From Waterburya sp. (lineage in GTDB: Bacteria > Cyanobacteriota > Cyanobacteriia > Cyanobacteriales > Xenococcaceae): 64,000 nucleotides of DNA. Within the stretch, counting starts at the first letter, position 1; each line of letters opens with the position of its first letter. The notes beneath the pieces are model-generated. The model did no database searches and was not told where the DNA came from. It saw nothing but the letters and a program-made list of their open reading frames with translations. Positions 48,930 to 60,191 of this stretch are shown one piece after another. The stretch spans positions 4,768,001-4,832,000 of the forward strand of contig CBDCJV010000002.1 of NCBI GenBank assembly GCA_965217895.1. The letters run 5' to 3'. A program made the translations under genes and the position numbers.

Positions 48930-51263
48930 CTAAAGGGTTTTCAACACTTTCGTATTTTGGATCAGCCAGTTTTCTCCTTTAAGTATTAGCTCATAACGCA
49001 CCAGCAAGTTATCGTCATAGGATTGAGCGTTATCTAATTTTCCAGCTTGATAATGTTTAGCAATCTCTTTAACCTCTGCATCTACCGTTGCTTTTTTGGG
49101 ATTGTTAGGATCGATTTTTGCCGAACGCACGGTAACATTGTGTTCATATTCTCGATAAGAATTGCTCTTTTGGTAGTCTAAGGCGAGCTTTTGCCAAGTA
49201 GCTAGTAAAGGCTCTGCCAAAATATTATTTAGCTGGTCAATTTTATGCTCTTTGCCAAAGGCTGCTGACTTACTGGTTAGCCAAGTTTGGATCACCTGCT
49301 GGGATTGCTCGGTAAAGGTTATTTTAGGTTTGGCTGAAACTTTAGGCTTAACGTTAGGTAACTCAACCATAGGCTGAGAAATAGCGATCGCCAAAGATGA
49401 CTGATTGGCATTTTTGGCAGGATTTAAGAACAGCTTCATAGCCACAAATGCTAACGTTCCCGTTCCCAAAATAAGACCTAAGATAAACAACCAGCCCTTC
49501 CTAACGGTAGCTGAGCTTAACTTTTTCTTACGAGCAATTCGCTTTTGCCTGGCTTTGCCCTGAGCCTTTTGGATTACCTCTGGAGGAACAGCCCTTTGTT
49601 GAGATAGGGGTAAAGAAGGTGATTTTGCTTTTGCTGGGGCAGAATAATTAACCTGAGTAGAATTTTGGGGAACTGTTTGGCGAAACCTAGGTTTACTACT
49701 AATCTTAGAAGCAGCATGATTGTTTGGCAAAGCTGTGGTGGTTTGGGCTTTACCTACTGTTACGCTAACTAGTTCTCTTTCAGGCTGAGAAACCTGATTA
49801 GATGCAGCGGTTGTTGTTTTTTCAGACGCAAATAGATTACGCCAGCGAGAAAAAAAACCTGTTTCACTATTGAGCGACTTATTCTGTTGATTACTAGCAG
49901 TATCTTGCTGATGATAATCAACAGAAGCATCAGACACCTTCGGTATCAATGGTGGAAAAGCAAGTTCTTCGAGATATGCCTGAACTTCACGATCTGCAAA
50001 ATATTCTCTGATAGTCAAGCTTATGTTCGCTAAGTCAGAAAATTGAGCTACGACATCTTCCTGCAACCACTGTTCGCTATAAAAACAAATTCCTGGCAAC
50101 AGATCTTTAGTATCTAAAGAGTGTCGCTGAATTTGTTCTAGCTTTGTTTTGTCTGAACTATTTTGAAGCTTATGAATCGCTTTTTCCGTATGCCCCAGCA
50201 GCAAAGCAGATACAGCTTGCTCCCAAGCCACATCCTGCTTTTCGCCGAGATAATCGAGCTTTCTTTGGGCGCGTAAGACTAATTCGGGCTGTTTAAAGCA
50301 AAATCCTCTGGCTAAAAGAGCATAAACGGCTAAATAATTAGCGATCGCCGAATCACTTTGGGCTTCATGATCGAATAGCTGCTGTTGTTCAGTGGAGGTT
50401 AAGTAGGTTCTTAACTGCTGCACAAAGCACAAAAACTGATCGAAGTTCAAACCAGAACGATCTTGTCCTTTGCCCTCGATTCCCTGGCGTTGTAGCAGCA
50501 TTTCTCTGAGCAATTCAAATCCTTTTGCTCTTTTGGGTGAATTTGCTTGATTTTGCGAAATTAATTCGAGAACCCTATAGGGGCGAAGCTTATATAAATC
50601 TAGCTCTAATTCTGCTTTAATCTGAGGAAATAAGTTTTCGCGATTGAGTAAATCTATTCCCATTTGACTAGAAACGGCAGCATTTTCATATTCTCGCCGA
50701 TGCCACTGTTCTCGCCCCAATTCTAAGTAAGCTAGAGTCAAAGAAAGAATAATATTCTCTTGAGCCTCTGTTCTTACTTTTACTTCTCCTTGAGATGATA
50801 GTTTGTCAAACTCTTGGCTATTGAAATAATCTACCCCTAGCTGTAAAGCTAATTCGTATTCTCCTAATTCGTGCAAAATTAGCAGTGCGCCAATCAGTTG
50901 TGAAGGAGCGACTTCGATGGTAGGATTTGCCACAGGAACATCTGACCAAAGATCTTCTTGAGTCAAAGATTCTGTAGCTAATTCTGTTGACTCCTCTTCT
51001 TCTGATACTATTGCCTCAGGAACGGAAAACTCAACTGGCTGCATATTGACCAAGAATTGAGCATCATAATTAGCCCTTTGCTTAGGATCGGCTAAAACCT
51101 GATAGGCGTGCTTAATTAATTCTTGACGAGCCTGAATTGCCAGCTCGTTATATTCTCGGCGAGGCTGCTGCCTCATGCGATCGCTATATGCTTGCTCAAG
51201 CTGGCTTGAAGTTGCTTTAACAGGAACGCTTAGGATTTGATAATAGTCTAAGGGTATACGCAC
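48930..51263 (-). CDS. ftn2: Cell division protein Ftn2/ZipN (ARC6 homolog)
   Basis: MRIPLDYYQIL J-like domain; C-terminal TM and IMS/DUF4101 domain. Confidence 0.92.
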   Translation of the reverse strand: MRIPLDYYQILSVPVKATSSQLEQAYSDRMRQQPRREYNELAIQARQELIKHAYQVLADPKQRANYDAQFLVNMQPVEFSVPEAIVSEEEESTELATESLTQEDLWSDVPVANPTIEVAPSQLIGALLILHELGEYELALQLGVDYFNSQEFDKLSSQGEVKVRTEAQENIILSLTLAYLELGREQWHRREYENAAVSSQMGIDLLNRENLFPQIKAELELDLYKLRPYRVLELISQNQANSPKRAKGFELLREMLLQRQGIEGKGQDRSGLNFDQFLCFVQQLRTYLTSTEQQQLFDHEAQSDSAIANYLAVYALLARGFCFKQPELVLRAQRKLDYLGEKQDVAWEQAVSALLLGHTEKAIHKLQNSSDKTKLEQIQRHSLDTKDLLPGICFYSEQWLQEDVVAQFSDLANISLTIREYFADREVQAYLEELAFPPLIPKVSDASVDYHQQDTASNQQNKSLNSETGFFSRWRNLFASEKTTTAASNQVSQPERELVSVTVGKAQTTTALPNNHAASKISSKPRFRQTVPQNSTQVNYSAPAKAKSPSLPLSQQRAVPPEVIQKAQGKARQKRIARKKKLSSATVRKGWLFILGLILGTGTLAFVAMKLFLNPAKNANQSSLAIAISQPMVELPNVKPKVSAKPKITFTEQSQQVIQTWLTSKSAAFGKEHKIDQLNNILAEPLLATWQKLALDYQKSNSYREYEHNVTVRSAKIDPNNPKKATVDAEVKEIAKHYQAGKLDNAQSYDDNLLVRYELILKGENWLIQNTKVLKTL

Positions 51264-51497
51264 GATAATAATTCCTCTGAACGGCTTTAACGTCCTGGTA
51301 AGTGACTTGATAAGTGAAAAAATATAGATTAACTATGGCTGACGATCAAAATCTTGAATAATGGCAACAGTCTAACTAACCTCAAGACTGATACTTTACT
51401 TTTTGCCATGAATTCTAACGTAGTTTTGATAAACTGCATAAAAAATTTAGAATTTAGTTAAATAAAATACAAACAATTGTAAATTTTGTTAGCAACT

Positions 51498-52823
51498 ATG
51501 AATCCAGCACAGCCGAAGATTATTGTTCTCGATGACGATCCTACTGGTTCACAGACAGTACATAGCTGTCTGTTACTCATGGATTGGGATGTAGCTACCC
51601 TAAAACTTGGTTTGCAGGATGATGTACCAATTGTATTTATTTTAAGCAATACTAGGGCGATGAGTCCGCAAGATGCAGCAGCAACCACACAACAAATTTG
51701 TCAAAATCTCAAAATTGCGATCGCTCAAGCAGAAATTAAAGACTTTTTAGTAGTTAGCCGTAGTGATTCTACCCTTCGAGGACATTACCCCGTCGAGACT
51801 GACATTATTGCTCAAGAATTAGGAGGGTTTGATGCTCATTTTCTAACTCCCGCTTTTTTTGAAGGAGGCAGAATCACCACAGACAGCACTCACTATCTTT
51901 TAATCGATGGGGTAAAAACTCCTGTGGCAAAGACAGAATTTGCCCGTGATTCGGTGTTTGGCTATAGTCACAGCTATCTACCCGACTATGTTGCACAAAA
52001 AACTGCGGGCAAAATTCCTGCTACAGAAGTAGTTAAATTTTCTTTAGAAGACATTCGCAGTGGTCAAATTGAGCGACGCTTATTAAAACTTAATAATAAT
52101 CAATGTGTTGTTGTTGATGGTGAAACTCAAGCAGATTTCGATCTAGTTGCCAAAGCAATTTTACAAGCCACCGCTAAGGGAAAACGCTTTTTATTTCGCT
52201 CTGCTGCCAGTCTATTGACCTCTCTAGCTCAGTTAGGAGAACAGCCAACCGCTGCTGAAAACATGGGCGATTATAAGCCTACAGATAAACCTGGAGTAGT
52301 TTTGGTTGGTTCTCATGTGCAGAAAACCACTCAACAGCTAAATCAGCTATTGAAAGAAGATGATGTAGTCGGCATTGAAGTTGATGTAGTCCGTTTACGC
52401 GATCGCCCTCAAGAAAAAAACATCATTTTGCAACAGACCTTAGATGAAGTCAAACAAGCATTTACTCAGGGTAAAACCCCCGTAGTTTATACCAGCCGTC
52501 AAGAGTTAAGTTTTGCAAATACTCAACAGCGTCTTCACTTTGGCACCGAAGTTTCGGCACTGCTGATGGAGATTGTCCAGGGTCTGCCCCAGGAAATTAG
52601 TTTTTTGATTAGTAAAGGCGGAATTACTTCCAACGATGTTCTTAGCGTCGGTCTAAATTTAACCGCTGCCAGACTTCTAGGACAAATCTTACCAGGGTGT
52701 TCCGTAATTAAGACTGAGGCAGAGCATCCCCAGTTTCCCAATTTACCAGTAGTTTTATTCCCTGGAAACGTTGGCAATCAAGATAGTTTGACTGCTGCTT
52801 GGCATCGCTTAAGAATTTTCTAA
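51498..52823 (+). CDS. Four-carbon acid sugar kinase family (DUF1537)
   Basis: LDDDPTGSQT, SRSDSTLRGH, SKGGITS, FPGNVG. Confidence 0.92.
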   Translation: MNPAQPKIIVLDDDPTGSQTVHSCLLLMDWDVATLKLGLQDDVPIVFILSNTRAMSPQDAAATTQQICQNLKIAIAQAEIKDFLVVSRSDSTLRGHYPVETDIIAQELGGFDAHFLTPAFFEGGRITTDSTHYLLIDGVKTPVAKTEFARDSVFGYSHSYLPDYVAQKTAGKIPATEVVKFSLEDIRSGQIERRLLKLNNNQCVVVDGETQADFDLVAKAILQATAKGKRFLFRSAASLLTSLAQLGEQPTAAENMGDYKPTDKPGVVLVGSHVQKTTQQLNQLLKEDDVVGIEVDVVRLRDRPQEKNIILQQTLDEVKQAFTQGKTPVVYTSRQELSFANTQQRLHFGTEVSALLMEIVQGLPQEISFLISKGGITSNDVLSVGLNLTAARLLGQILPGCSVIKTEAEHPQFPNLPVVLFPGNVGNQDSLTAAWHRLRIF

Positions 52824-52917
52824 TTTTCGATTAAGAGAAACTTACGTTAGTATGTGAAGCGTGAAAACTACCTAAAAAGTAGATATACGTAGATATACGG
52901 ATGATCAGGATGGTTGC

Positions 52918-53757
52918 ATGACTGTTGAGCCTACTATCTCCCTAGACAAAGTTGACGATCAGCTTGATTTGTCTCCCTTAGTTAATCGCTATTCCCAGAT
53001 CTGCCTGAAAAATGACGGCGAGCAATTTTTGCTGGTGCTGCCAACTCAGGCAGAAATTAATTCTGATTTACCTTGGTCAGAAACTTGGCAAGAATTAAAA
53101 CATCTGTTACAAACCAAAGAGCAGTCTTGGCAAGTAGGGACGAAAGTATGTTTGGTTGCTAAAGATCGATTACTCGATTCTCGGCAGCTACAAACTATTG
53201 CCGAAACTTTAGATGAGGTTCAGCTATCTCTGGCAACCATTAGCACTAGTCGTCGGCAAACGGCGGTAGCAGCAGCTACTAGTGGCTATTCTGTTGAGCA
53301 GAAAACTATTGCTGAATCTTTAGGAGATAATCTGACTAACCTGACTCAGGAATCTTCTCTAGCTTTGGCAGAGCCATTATACTTACAAAATACGGTACGC
53401 TCTGGAGTGGAAATACGCCACCCAGGAACAATCGTGATTTGTGGGGATCTAAATCCAGGCGGAAAAGCGATCGCCGCAGGGGATATTTTAGTCTGGGGAC
53501 GCTTAAGGGGTATTGCCCATGCGGGAGCGCAAGGAAACCATCATTGTCGCATTGCTGCACTACAGATGGAATTTACGCAACTGCGTATTGCCAATGCCGT
53601 GGCAAGAGCGCCCAAAATAAGACCAAAAAATTTATCGCCAGAGTTGGCTTTTATGACTACAGAGGGAATTCGTTTGGCTCAAAACTCAGAGTTTGCCAAA
53701 AATTATCTTTTCTCTCTGTCACAAAAGGCATGGGTTGATAAACATCAAGCAAAATAA
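52918..53757 (+). CDS. minC: Septum site-determining protein MinC
   Basis: TVRSG, GDLNPG, WGRLRGIAHAG. Confidence 0.95.
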   Translation: MTVEPTISLDKVDDQLDLSPLVNRYSQICLKNDGEQFLLVLPTQAEINSDLPWSETWQELKHLLQTKEQSWQVGTKVCLVAKDRLLDSRQLQTIAETLDEVQLSLATISTSRRQTAVAAATSGYSVEQKTIAESLGDNLTNLTQESSLALAEPLYLQNTVRSGVEIRHPGTIVICGDLNPGGKAIAAGDILVWGRLRGIAHAGAQGNHHCRIAALQMEFTQLRIANAVARAPKIRPKNLSPELAFMTTEGIRLAQNSEFAKNYLFSLSQKAWVDKHQAK

Positions 53758-53787
53758 TTACAGCTACACAAATCGTAAGTAAGCAAT

Positions 53788-54585
53788 ATGAGTCGAATAA
53801 TTGTTGTTACTTCTGGCAAAGGAGGAGTGGGTAAAACCACTACCACATCAAATTTGGGAGCCGCAATAGCCAAACAAAATCGTTCTGTAGCTCTCATTGA
53901 TGCTGACTTTGGATTAAGAAACTTAGACCTACTATTAGGATTAGAAGAACGAGTAGTTTATACGGCGATCGATGTACTGGCTGGCGAATGTCGTCTGGCA
54001 CAGGCATTAGTCAAAGATAAACGTCTCAAAGGTTTGGTGCTGCTTCCTGCTGCGCAAAATCGCAACAAGGAATCGGTAAAACCAGAACAAATGCAAAAAA
54101 TAGCTACGGCTTTAGCCAAAGGCTATGATTATATCTTGATTGATTGCCCGGCGGGGATTGAATTGGGTTTTCGGAATGCTATTTCCGCCGCCCAAGAAGC
54201 CTTAATTGTCACAACTCCCGAAGTTGCTGCGGTACGAGATGCCGATCGCGTGATTGGACTCTTAGAGGCAGAAGGAGTCAATAAAATTAACCTAATCGTC
54301 AATCGGGTTAAGCCTCACATGGTTGAGGAAAACAAAATGATGAGCGTTGAAGACGTTTTGGAATTGTTGGGAGTACCATTGATTGGTGTTGTTCCTGATG
54401 ATGAAAAAGTGATTGAAGCAACCAATAGAGGCGAACCTCTAGTATTAGCAGACTATGAATCTGTCCCAGGGACAGCATATACTAATATCGCTCGACGTTT
54501 AGAAGGAGAAAAAGTACCATTTCTTGATTTGATGGCAAATCAAGGCAATCTCTTGTCTCGTCTACGTCGGATGTTTGGTGGCTAA
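53788..54585 (+). CDS. minD: Septum site-determining ATPase MinD
   Basis: SGKGGVGKTT, DFGLRNLD. Confidence 0.98.
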   Translation: MSRIIVVTSGKGGVGKTTTTSNLGAAIAKQNRSVALIDADFGLRNLDLLLGLEERVVYTAIDVLAGECRLAQALVKDKRLKGLVLLPAAQNRNKESVKPEQMQKIATALAKGYDYILIDCPAGIELGFRNAISAAQEALIVTTPEVAAVRDADRVIGLLEAEGVNKINLIVNRVKPHMVEENKMMSVEDVLELLGVPLIGVVPDDEKVIEATNRGEPLVLADYESVPGTAYTNIARRLEGEKVPFLDLMANQGNLLSRLRRMFGG

Positions 54586-54658
54586 TCAGCACAATAAAAT
54601 TTACAGACAACACCATTAATTATTGTGTTCGTTTTTGACCATGCAACCAATCTTAAAC

Positions 54659-55042
54659 ATGATTCACGGATTTGTGGAAATGCTTTTTCCCTGGAATAGT
54701 AACGCTAATAGTCGATCTCACGCTAAGAGCCGTTTAAAGCTCATTATTGCCCATGACCGCGCCAGCATCAATCCAGATATGTTGCAGTCAATGCGGGAAG
54801 AAATTCTAGACGTAGTTGCTCGCTATGTTGAAGTAGATCGCGAGGAAATGGAATTTTCTCTTTCCAACGATCAGCGTATGACTTCTTTGACCGCTAATTT
54901 ACCTATTCGCCAAGTTAAAAGAATGGGTGAGCTTAGAGAACAGATAAACAAAATAAACAAAAATAGTTCCCTTGATGTGCAAAAACTAGAAGTAGTGGAA
55001 GTCAATCAAGGCAATGAAAGCACTGATGCTAAACCGCAGTGA
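54659..55042 (+). CDS. minE: Topological specificity factor MinE
   Basis: [23 protein letters not shown]; start uncertain. Confidence 0.93.
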   Translation: MIHGFVEMLFPWNSNANSRSHAKSRLKLIIAHDRASINPDMLQSMREEILDVVARYVEVDREEMEFSLSNDQRMTSLTANLPIRQVKRMGELREQINKINKNSSLDVQKLEVVEVNQGNESTDAKPQ

Positions 55043-55357
55043 AATAAATTCGGGTTGACCAGAAGCAACTAAGATACGATCAATATTTATTTATCGATCG
55101 TTACTTAGAACTATTGCTAATGGTCAATTTGAAGAAAGATCGTGAACAACAAAGTTATTAAGTAAGCGATGGCAATTCGGCTCGATACTATAAATATTGT
55201 GTCCAATCTGCTTAAAGTAGCATTTTCTACCATTGCTCCTTGTCATATTCGCTATTTTCTAGCTGTCTATGTAGATTTGTTGTTCATATTTTTTTGGCTG
55301 CTAATTATAATATTTGCATAATACTTTTAACTAAAATCCTCTAATAAGATTAGAAAA

Positions 55358-55933
55358 ATGACTCACACCATTAATATTAAAGCCTTTACTGATTCGATCA
55401 GCGATCGCGCCTTAGAGCAGCTATGTAGCGAAAATCCCGATCTTAGATTTGAAACCGATGCCAACGGCAAACTAATTATCATGTCGCCAACAGGAAGCGA
55501 AAGCGGAAAATTCAATATTAGTTTGGCTTTTCAAGTCGAACTGTGGAATCGACAATACAAGCTAGGAGTAGTATTTGATTCCTCTACTGGGTTTAAGTTA
55601 TCAAATGGTGCTACGCGATCGCCTGATGTTAGTTGGATTACAATTGAACGCTGGAATAGCTTGAGCGACAAGCAAAAAAGAGGTTTTGCGCCCATCGATC
55701 CTGATTTTGCGATTGAATTGATGTCTCCCACGGACAACCTAATTGAAACTCAGCAGAAGCTGATGGAATATCTTAGTTGTGGGGTCAAGCTAGGTTGGTT
55801 AATTAATCCCGATCAAAAAGAAGTAGAAATTTATCGTTCTGGTAAAGATCGAGAGCTACTCAGCAATCCTAATAGTTTATCTGGTGAAGATATATTACCA
55901 GGATTAAATGTAGATTTGTCCGATATTTTTTAG
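55358..55933 (+). CDS. Uma2 family endonuclease
   Basis: FDSSTGF, RSPDVSW, PDFAIELMSP, LGWLINP. Confidence 0.92.
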   Translation: MTHTINIKAFTDSISDRALEQLCSENPDLRFETDANGKLIIMSPTGSESGKFNISLAFQVELWNRQYKLGVVFDSSTGFKLSNGATRSPDVSWITIERWNSLSDKQKRGFAPIDPDFAIELMSPTDNLIETQQKLMEYLSCGVKLGWLINPDQKEVEIYRSGKDRELLSNPNSLSGEDILPGLNVDLSDIF

Positions 55934-55989
55934 ACAAGTACACTTTCAATGTTTAATGATCAATGTTTAACGTTAAATGATAAAAACGA

Positions 55990-56595
55990 ATGATTTTGCT
56001 GCGATTATTAAAATTCCTACTTTCTAACCATAAAAATCGGTTTCAATTGAGGCAATTTATTACAAGAATTGCAATGTGCCTATTAATAACTATTTTTTCT
56101 TTTTCTTGGATATCTCCGACTTTAGCCAGCATAAATGACGATCGCTATGAAGGCAATATTTTTGTTCTGTATGGTGGCAACGGTTCTTTAGTTCCGCCTC
56201 GTATGGATTTACCCACCTCTTTAGCACGAGAAAAGCCAGCGATTTTAGTATTCTACGTCGATGATAGTAGTGACTGTAAGCAGTTTTCTGGTTTAGTAAC
56301 TCGCCTCCAAGAGTTTTATGGACGAGCAGCAAGTATTATTCCCGTGACCGTTGATTCCTTTATCGATCAGCAGCAATATACCCCTAAAGATCCAGCTTAT
56401 TACTACAATGGCATAGTGCCTGAAACCGTCATCTTAAATCAGCAGGGTAAAGTGGTTTATGACGGTAAAGGACAAGTCCCCTATGAAGAGATAGACGATG
56501 CTTTAAGAGAAGTTTTTGATTTATTACCCCGCTCAGAATCTGAAGTTCTAAAACGCCGCTCCTTTAATGAATTTAATTCAGGAATGACTCAGTAA
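55990..56595 (+). CDS. Thioredoxin-like thylakoid PSI accumulation factor family protein
   Basis: DDRYEGNIFVLYGGNGSLVPP, DDSSDCK, RRSFNEFN. Confidence 0.75.
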   Translation: MILLRLLKFLLSNHKNRFQLRQFITRIAMCLLITIFSFSWISPTLASINDDRYEGNIFVLYGGNGSLVPPRMDLPTSLAREKPAILVFYVDDSSDCKQFSGLVTRLQEFYGRAASIIPVTVDSFIDQQQYTPKDPAYYYNGIVPETVILNQQGKVVYDGKGQVPYEEIDDALREVFDLLPRSESEVLKRRSFNEFNSGMTQ

Positions 56596-56732
56596 TTACC
56601 GATCAATGCTTGTTCAGGTTAAGAAAATTAAACGGTTAGGAAAGTATAGAGATGAAGAAAATTTTATCTCAAATTACAAATCTTAATAACTAATAAGCGA
56701 TCGCAGTTTATTTTAATCTATCAACTTTAGAG

Positions 56733-58409
56733 TTAGCGCGAGTGGGTAATACGCCAGCTTAAGAAAATTACGGGGATTATACCGACCAAAATGATCGCTA
56801 AAGCTGGTGCAGCAGCTTCAGCCAGTCTTTCATCTGAGGCATATTGATAGACTCTAATGCCCAATGTATCGAAGTTAAACGGACGAATTACTAAAGTTGC
56901 AGGCAGTTCTTTCATCACGTCAACAAAAACCAACATCGTCGCGGTCAATAGTCCTCCAGACATTAAAGGAGCATGAATTTTCCAAAGAGTACTTGTTGAG
57001 CCATATCCCAAACTGCGAGAAGCATCATCTAAGCTAGGAGAAATTTTGTTGAGGCTAGATTCTACTGAACCAAAACTTACTGCCAAAAAGCGGACTAAAT
57101 AGGCAAAAACCAAAGAAGCAATTGTGCCAGAAAGCAGTAAACCAGTAGAAACATTAAATGTGGCACGCATCCAGCTATCAATGATATTGTCCAAGCCTGC
57201 CACAGGAATTAAAACCCCGACGGCAATAACTGAGCCAGGAATAGCATAACCCATAGCTGCAATTCGTACTGCTGTTTTCATTGACCAGTTGGGTTTTAGC
57301 CTTTTGCCATAAGCCATAAATAAAGAGACAATCATAGCTGCGATCGCCGTTATCATCGCTAAAGTAAAGCTATGCCGTGCTAAATCCCAAAAACCATCTT
57401 CAAACGCTGATTCTAAATTATTTAAAGTTAGCTGTAATAAATAAACAGCAGGAATTATAAAGCCCAAAGTTACTGGCAATAAACAGGTGGTTATTGCCAA
57501 GATGCTCCGCCTAAAGCCCAGTTGATAGGGAGTTATGCGTTTTAGCGAGTTAGAACTTTCATAATATTGCGCTGCGCTACGCGATCGCCTTTCTAAGACA
57601 ATTAAGACTAAGACAAAGATCATCAAAAAAGCTGCCAACTGGGCAGCAGCAGCTCTATTTCCCATGCCTAACCAAGTGCGATAAATTCCTGTAGTGAAGG
57701 TATTGACCCCAAAATACTCTACCGTCCCCAAATCATTGAGAGTTTCCATCAAAGCTAAAGCTAAACCCGCCATAATTGCAGGTCTGGCTAGAGGTAAAGC
57801 CACAGAAAAAAAACTTTGCCAGGGATTAGAACCTAAAGAGCGACTAGCTTCAATGGTACATACTGACTGTTCGAGGAATGCGACTCGTGCCAAAAGATAA
57901 ACATAGGGATATAGCACCAATAACAGCATGACTGCTGCCCCCCACAGAGAACGAATTTCAGGAAACCAATAGTCTTGAACACTTGTCCAGCCAAATAAAC
58001 TGCGTAGCCCCGACTGTACTGGACCAAAGTAATCCAGCATACTAGTGTAGGCATAAGCCAAAAGATAAGCAGGAGCAGCCAAAGGTAGCAATAGCAGCCA
58101 TTCAAACCAAGTACTGCCCCAAAAACGACACATTGTTACTAACCAAGCAGTACCAACGCCGATTAGACAAACACCAATGCCAACTACGAGCATCAGCAAT
58201 AAAGAGTTAACTATGTAGTCTTTCAGAACAGTATTAGCTAGATGTTGCCAAATTGACCCAGATTTGCTAAAAATACTGCTAAAAATAAAAAATATTGGCG
58301 TGGCGATGACCAAAGCGATCGCCATTACCAAAATTGTCCAACCACTAACAGCAAAACGCCTAATTGTTTTACTGAGTGGAGAGGTGATTACATTAAATTT
58401 CCCGTTCAC
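56733..58409 (-). CDS. futB: Fe(III) ABC transporter permease
   Basis: Two EAA-type loops (EASRSLG, DASRSLG); MKELPATL. Confidence 0.88.
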   Translation of the reverse strand: MNGKFNVITSPLSKTIRRFAVSGWTILVMAIALVIATPIFFIFSSIFSKSGSIWQHLANTVLKDYIVNSLLLMLVVGIGVCLIGVGTAWLVTMCRFWGSTWFEWLLLLPLAAPAYLLAYAYTSMLDYFGPVQSGLRSLFGWTSVQDYWFPEIRSLWGAAVMLLLVLYPYVYLLARVAFLEQSVCTIEASRSLGSNPWQSFFSVALPLARPAIMAGLALALMETLNDLGTVEYFGVNTFTTGIYRTWLGMGNRAAAAQLAAFLMIFVLVLIVLERRSRSAAQYYESSNSLKRITPYQLGFRRSILAITTCLLPVTLGFIIPAVYLLQLTLNNLESAFEDGFWDLARHSFTLAMITAIAAMIVSLFMAYGKRLKPNWSMKTAVRIAAMGYAIPGSVIAVGVLIPVAGLDNIIDSWMRATFNVSTGLLLSGTIASLVFAYLVRFLAVSFGSVESSLNKISPSLDDASRSLGYGSTSTLWKIHAPLMSGGLLTATMLVFVDVMKELPATLVIRPFNFDTLGIRVYQYASDERLAEAAAPALAIILVGIIPVIFLSWRITHSR

Positions 58410-58562
58410 TGTTAGTTATTAGTTATTAATTATCTTTAACCTGTAGCGATCAAATTATAGATATAGATATAGATTAGGATATTTCTAAATTTCTTTGCGT
58501 CTCTGCGCCTCTGCGCGAGATAATTGTTTATGACTGCTAAAACTTTTTAACCGCCAGCTAAT

Positions 58563-59648
58563 ATGCCCAATATAAACGTAAATTTGCCTCAAGACTCTTA
58601 CGAAATAGCGATCGCTCCTAACAGTTTAGGACAATTGGGCAGCAAAATGAAGCAATTAAAGATCGGCAAAAAAGTTTTAGTGGTTTCTAATCCAGAAATA
58701 TTTAATTACTACGGAGATACCTGTCTTAAATCCCTAAAGAGTGCTGGTTTTGAAACCTGTACTCATTTAATACCCCCAGGGGAAGAACACAAACATCTTC
58801 AGTCCATACAGCAAGTATACGATACTGCCCTGGCTAACCAGATAGAACGCTCTTCTACCTTTGTTGCTTTAGGAGGAGGCGTTGTGGGAGATATGACAGG
58901 GTTTGCTGCTGCAACTTGGTTACGGGGAGTAAATTTTGTCCAAGTCCCCACTTCTTTATTGGCAATTGTCGATGCTTCAGTTGGTGGTAAAACAGGAGTT
59001 AATCATCCCCAGGGCAAAAATCTGATCGGTGCTTTTTATCAGCCAAAATTAGTAGCGATCGATCCGAATCTTTTAAAAACTCTTCCACCCAGAGAATTTC
59101 GGGCGGGAATAGCCGAGGTAATCAAATACGGCGTTATTTGGGACAAGGATCTATTTACCAAATTGGAACACGCCGAATGTTTAGACAGCCTAGAATATAT
59201 AAGCGACGAACTACTCGAAACTATGATTACTCGCTCCTGTCAGGCAAAGGCAGATGTGGTTAGCCAAGATGAAAAAGAAGCAGGTTTGAGAGCAATTCTT
59301 AATTATGGACATACCATTGGTCATGGGGTAGAAAGCTTAACTAACTACAAACAGTTTGTTCATGGGGAGGCTGTAGCTGTTGGCATGGTTGCAGCAGGAA
59401 AAATTGCCCTAGAGATGGGTATGTGGACAAAAGAAGAAGCCCAACGCCAAGATAATCTAATTGCGAAAGCTGGTTTACCCACTGACATTCCTCTAGAGTT
59501 GACCACAGAAGCTATTTTAGAAACTATCAAAAGCGACAAAAAAGTAAAAGCAGGAAAAGTACGCTTTATCTTACCTACAGCCATTGGTAAAGCAACTATA
59601 AGCGATCGCGTAACTCCAGAAATAATCAAAAAAGCTCTCAGCTTTTAG
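58563..59648 (+). CDS. aroB: 3-dehydroquinate synthase
   Basis: [25 protein letters not shown]. Confidence 0.97.
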   Translation: MPNINVNLPQDSYEIAIAPNSLGQLGSKMKQLKIGKKVLVVSNPEIFNYYGDTCLKSLKSAGFETCTHLIPPGEEHKHLQSIQQVYDTALANQIERSSTFVALGGGVVGDMTGFAAATWLRGVNFVQVPTSLLAIVDASVGGKTGVNHPQGKNLIGAFYQPKLVAIDPNLLKTLPPREFRAGIAEVIKYGVIWDKDLFTKLEHAECLDSLEYISDELLETMITRSCQAKADVVSQDEKEAGLRAILNYGHTIGHGVESLTNYKQFVHGEAVAVGMVAAGKIALEMGMWTKEEAQRQDNLIAKAGLPTDIPLELTTEAILETIKSDKKVKAGKVRFILPTAIGKATISDRVTPEIIKKALSF

Positions 59649-59665
59649 CTACGTCTAAAGTAATC

Positions 59666-59815
59666 TTAGAGACTGTTTGTAAAAAGAAAAGAAAATTATC
59701 CTGCTATTAGGTAGTGAGGTATTTGGAGTATTTGGGGTATTTGGAGTAGTGAAGTTTCTACTCCATCTTCACCACTTCTCCATCCTTAATATTTACTTTA
59801 CAAACATTTTCTTAA
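59666..59815. mobile_element. MITE-like element, copy 2
   Basis: Ends ttagagactgtttgtaaa / tttacaaacattttcttaa; colinear with 9148-9324. Confidence 0.65.
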
Positions 59816-59892
59816 AAGTAAAGTTCTATTAGTAGCTAGATTTGCATCAAAGGCTAACTAAAATTAAAATTGTTTATAATATTTTAGTATTC

Positions 59893-59911
59893 AGTACAAT
59901 AAAAAGTACAA
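59893..59911 (+). promoter_or_regulatory. Probable YefM-YoeB operator
   Basis: AGTACAA repeated with a 12-nt period just upstream of the antitoxin. Confidence 0.55.
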
Positions 59912-59927
59912 CTATTAAAATTAAATC

Positions 59928-60191
59928 ATGGACGTTCTCAGTGCCAGTCAAGCAAGAGCTAATCTATTCAAATTACTAGAGCAAGTAAATCAAGATAGCA
60001 AACCACGAATTATCACTTCCCGTAAAGGAGATGGAGTTTTAATTTCTAAAGATGATTGGGAAAGTTTGCAAGAAACACTCTATCTACAGTCAGTACCAGA
60101 ATTAGTAGAATCAATCAAAGAAGCTGAAGCAGATGATGAATGGGTGTCAGAAAGAGAGTTTATGGACAAACTAAATGGTTTGGACGATTAA
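59928..60191 (+). CDS. yefM: Phd/YefM family antitoxin
   Basis: SQARANLF, LQETLYL. Confidence 0.9.
   Translation: MDVLSASQARANLFKLLEQVNQDSKPRIITSRKGDGVLISKDDWESLQETLYLQSVPELVESIKEAEADDEWVSEREFMDKLNGLDD

Noticed and set aside
48927..48950. ccctaaagggtt match to the repeat insert start
   Set aside because: It is the natural coding end of ftn2; a short match that is probably coincidental
57569..57588. gcgctgcgctacgcgatcgc in futB as a repeat insertion
   Set aside because: It resembles a HIP1-associated repeat, but I cannot show a length gain without an alignment
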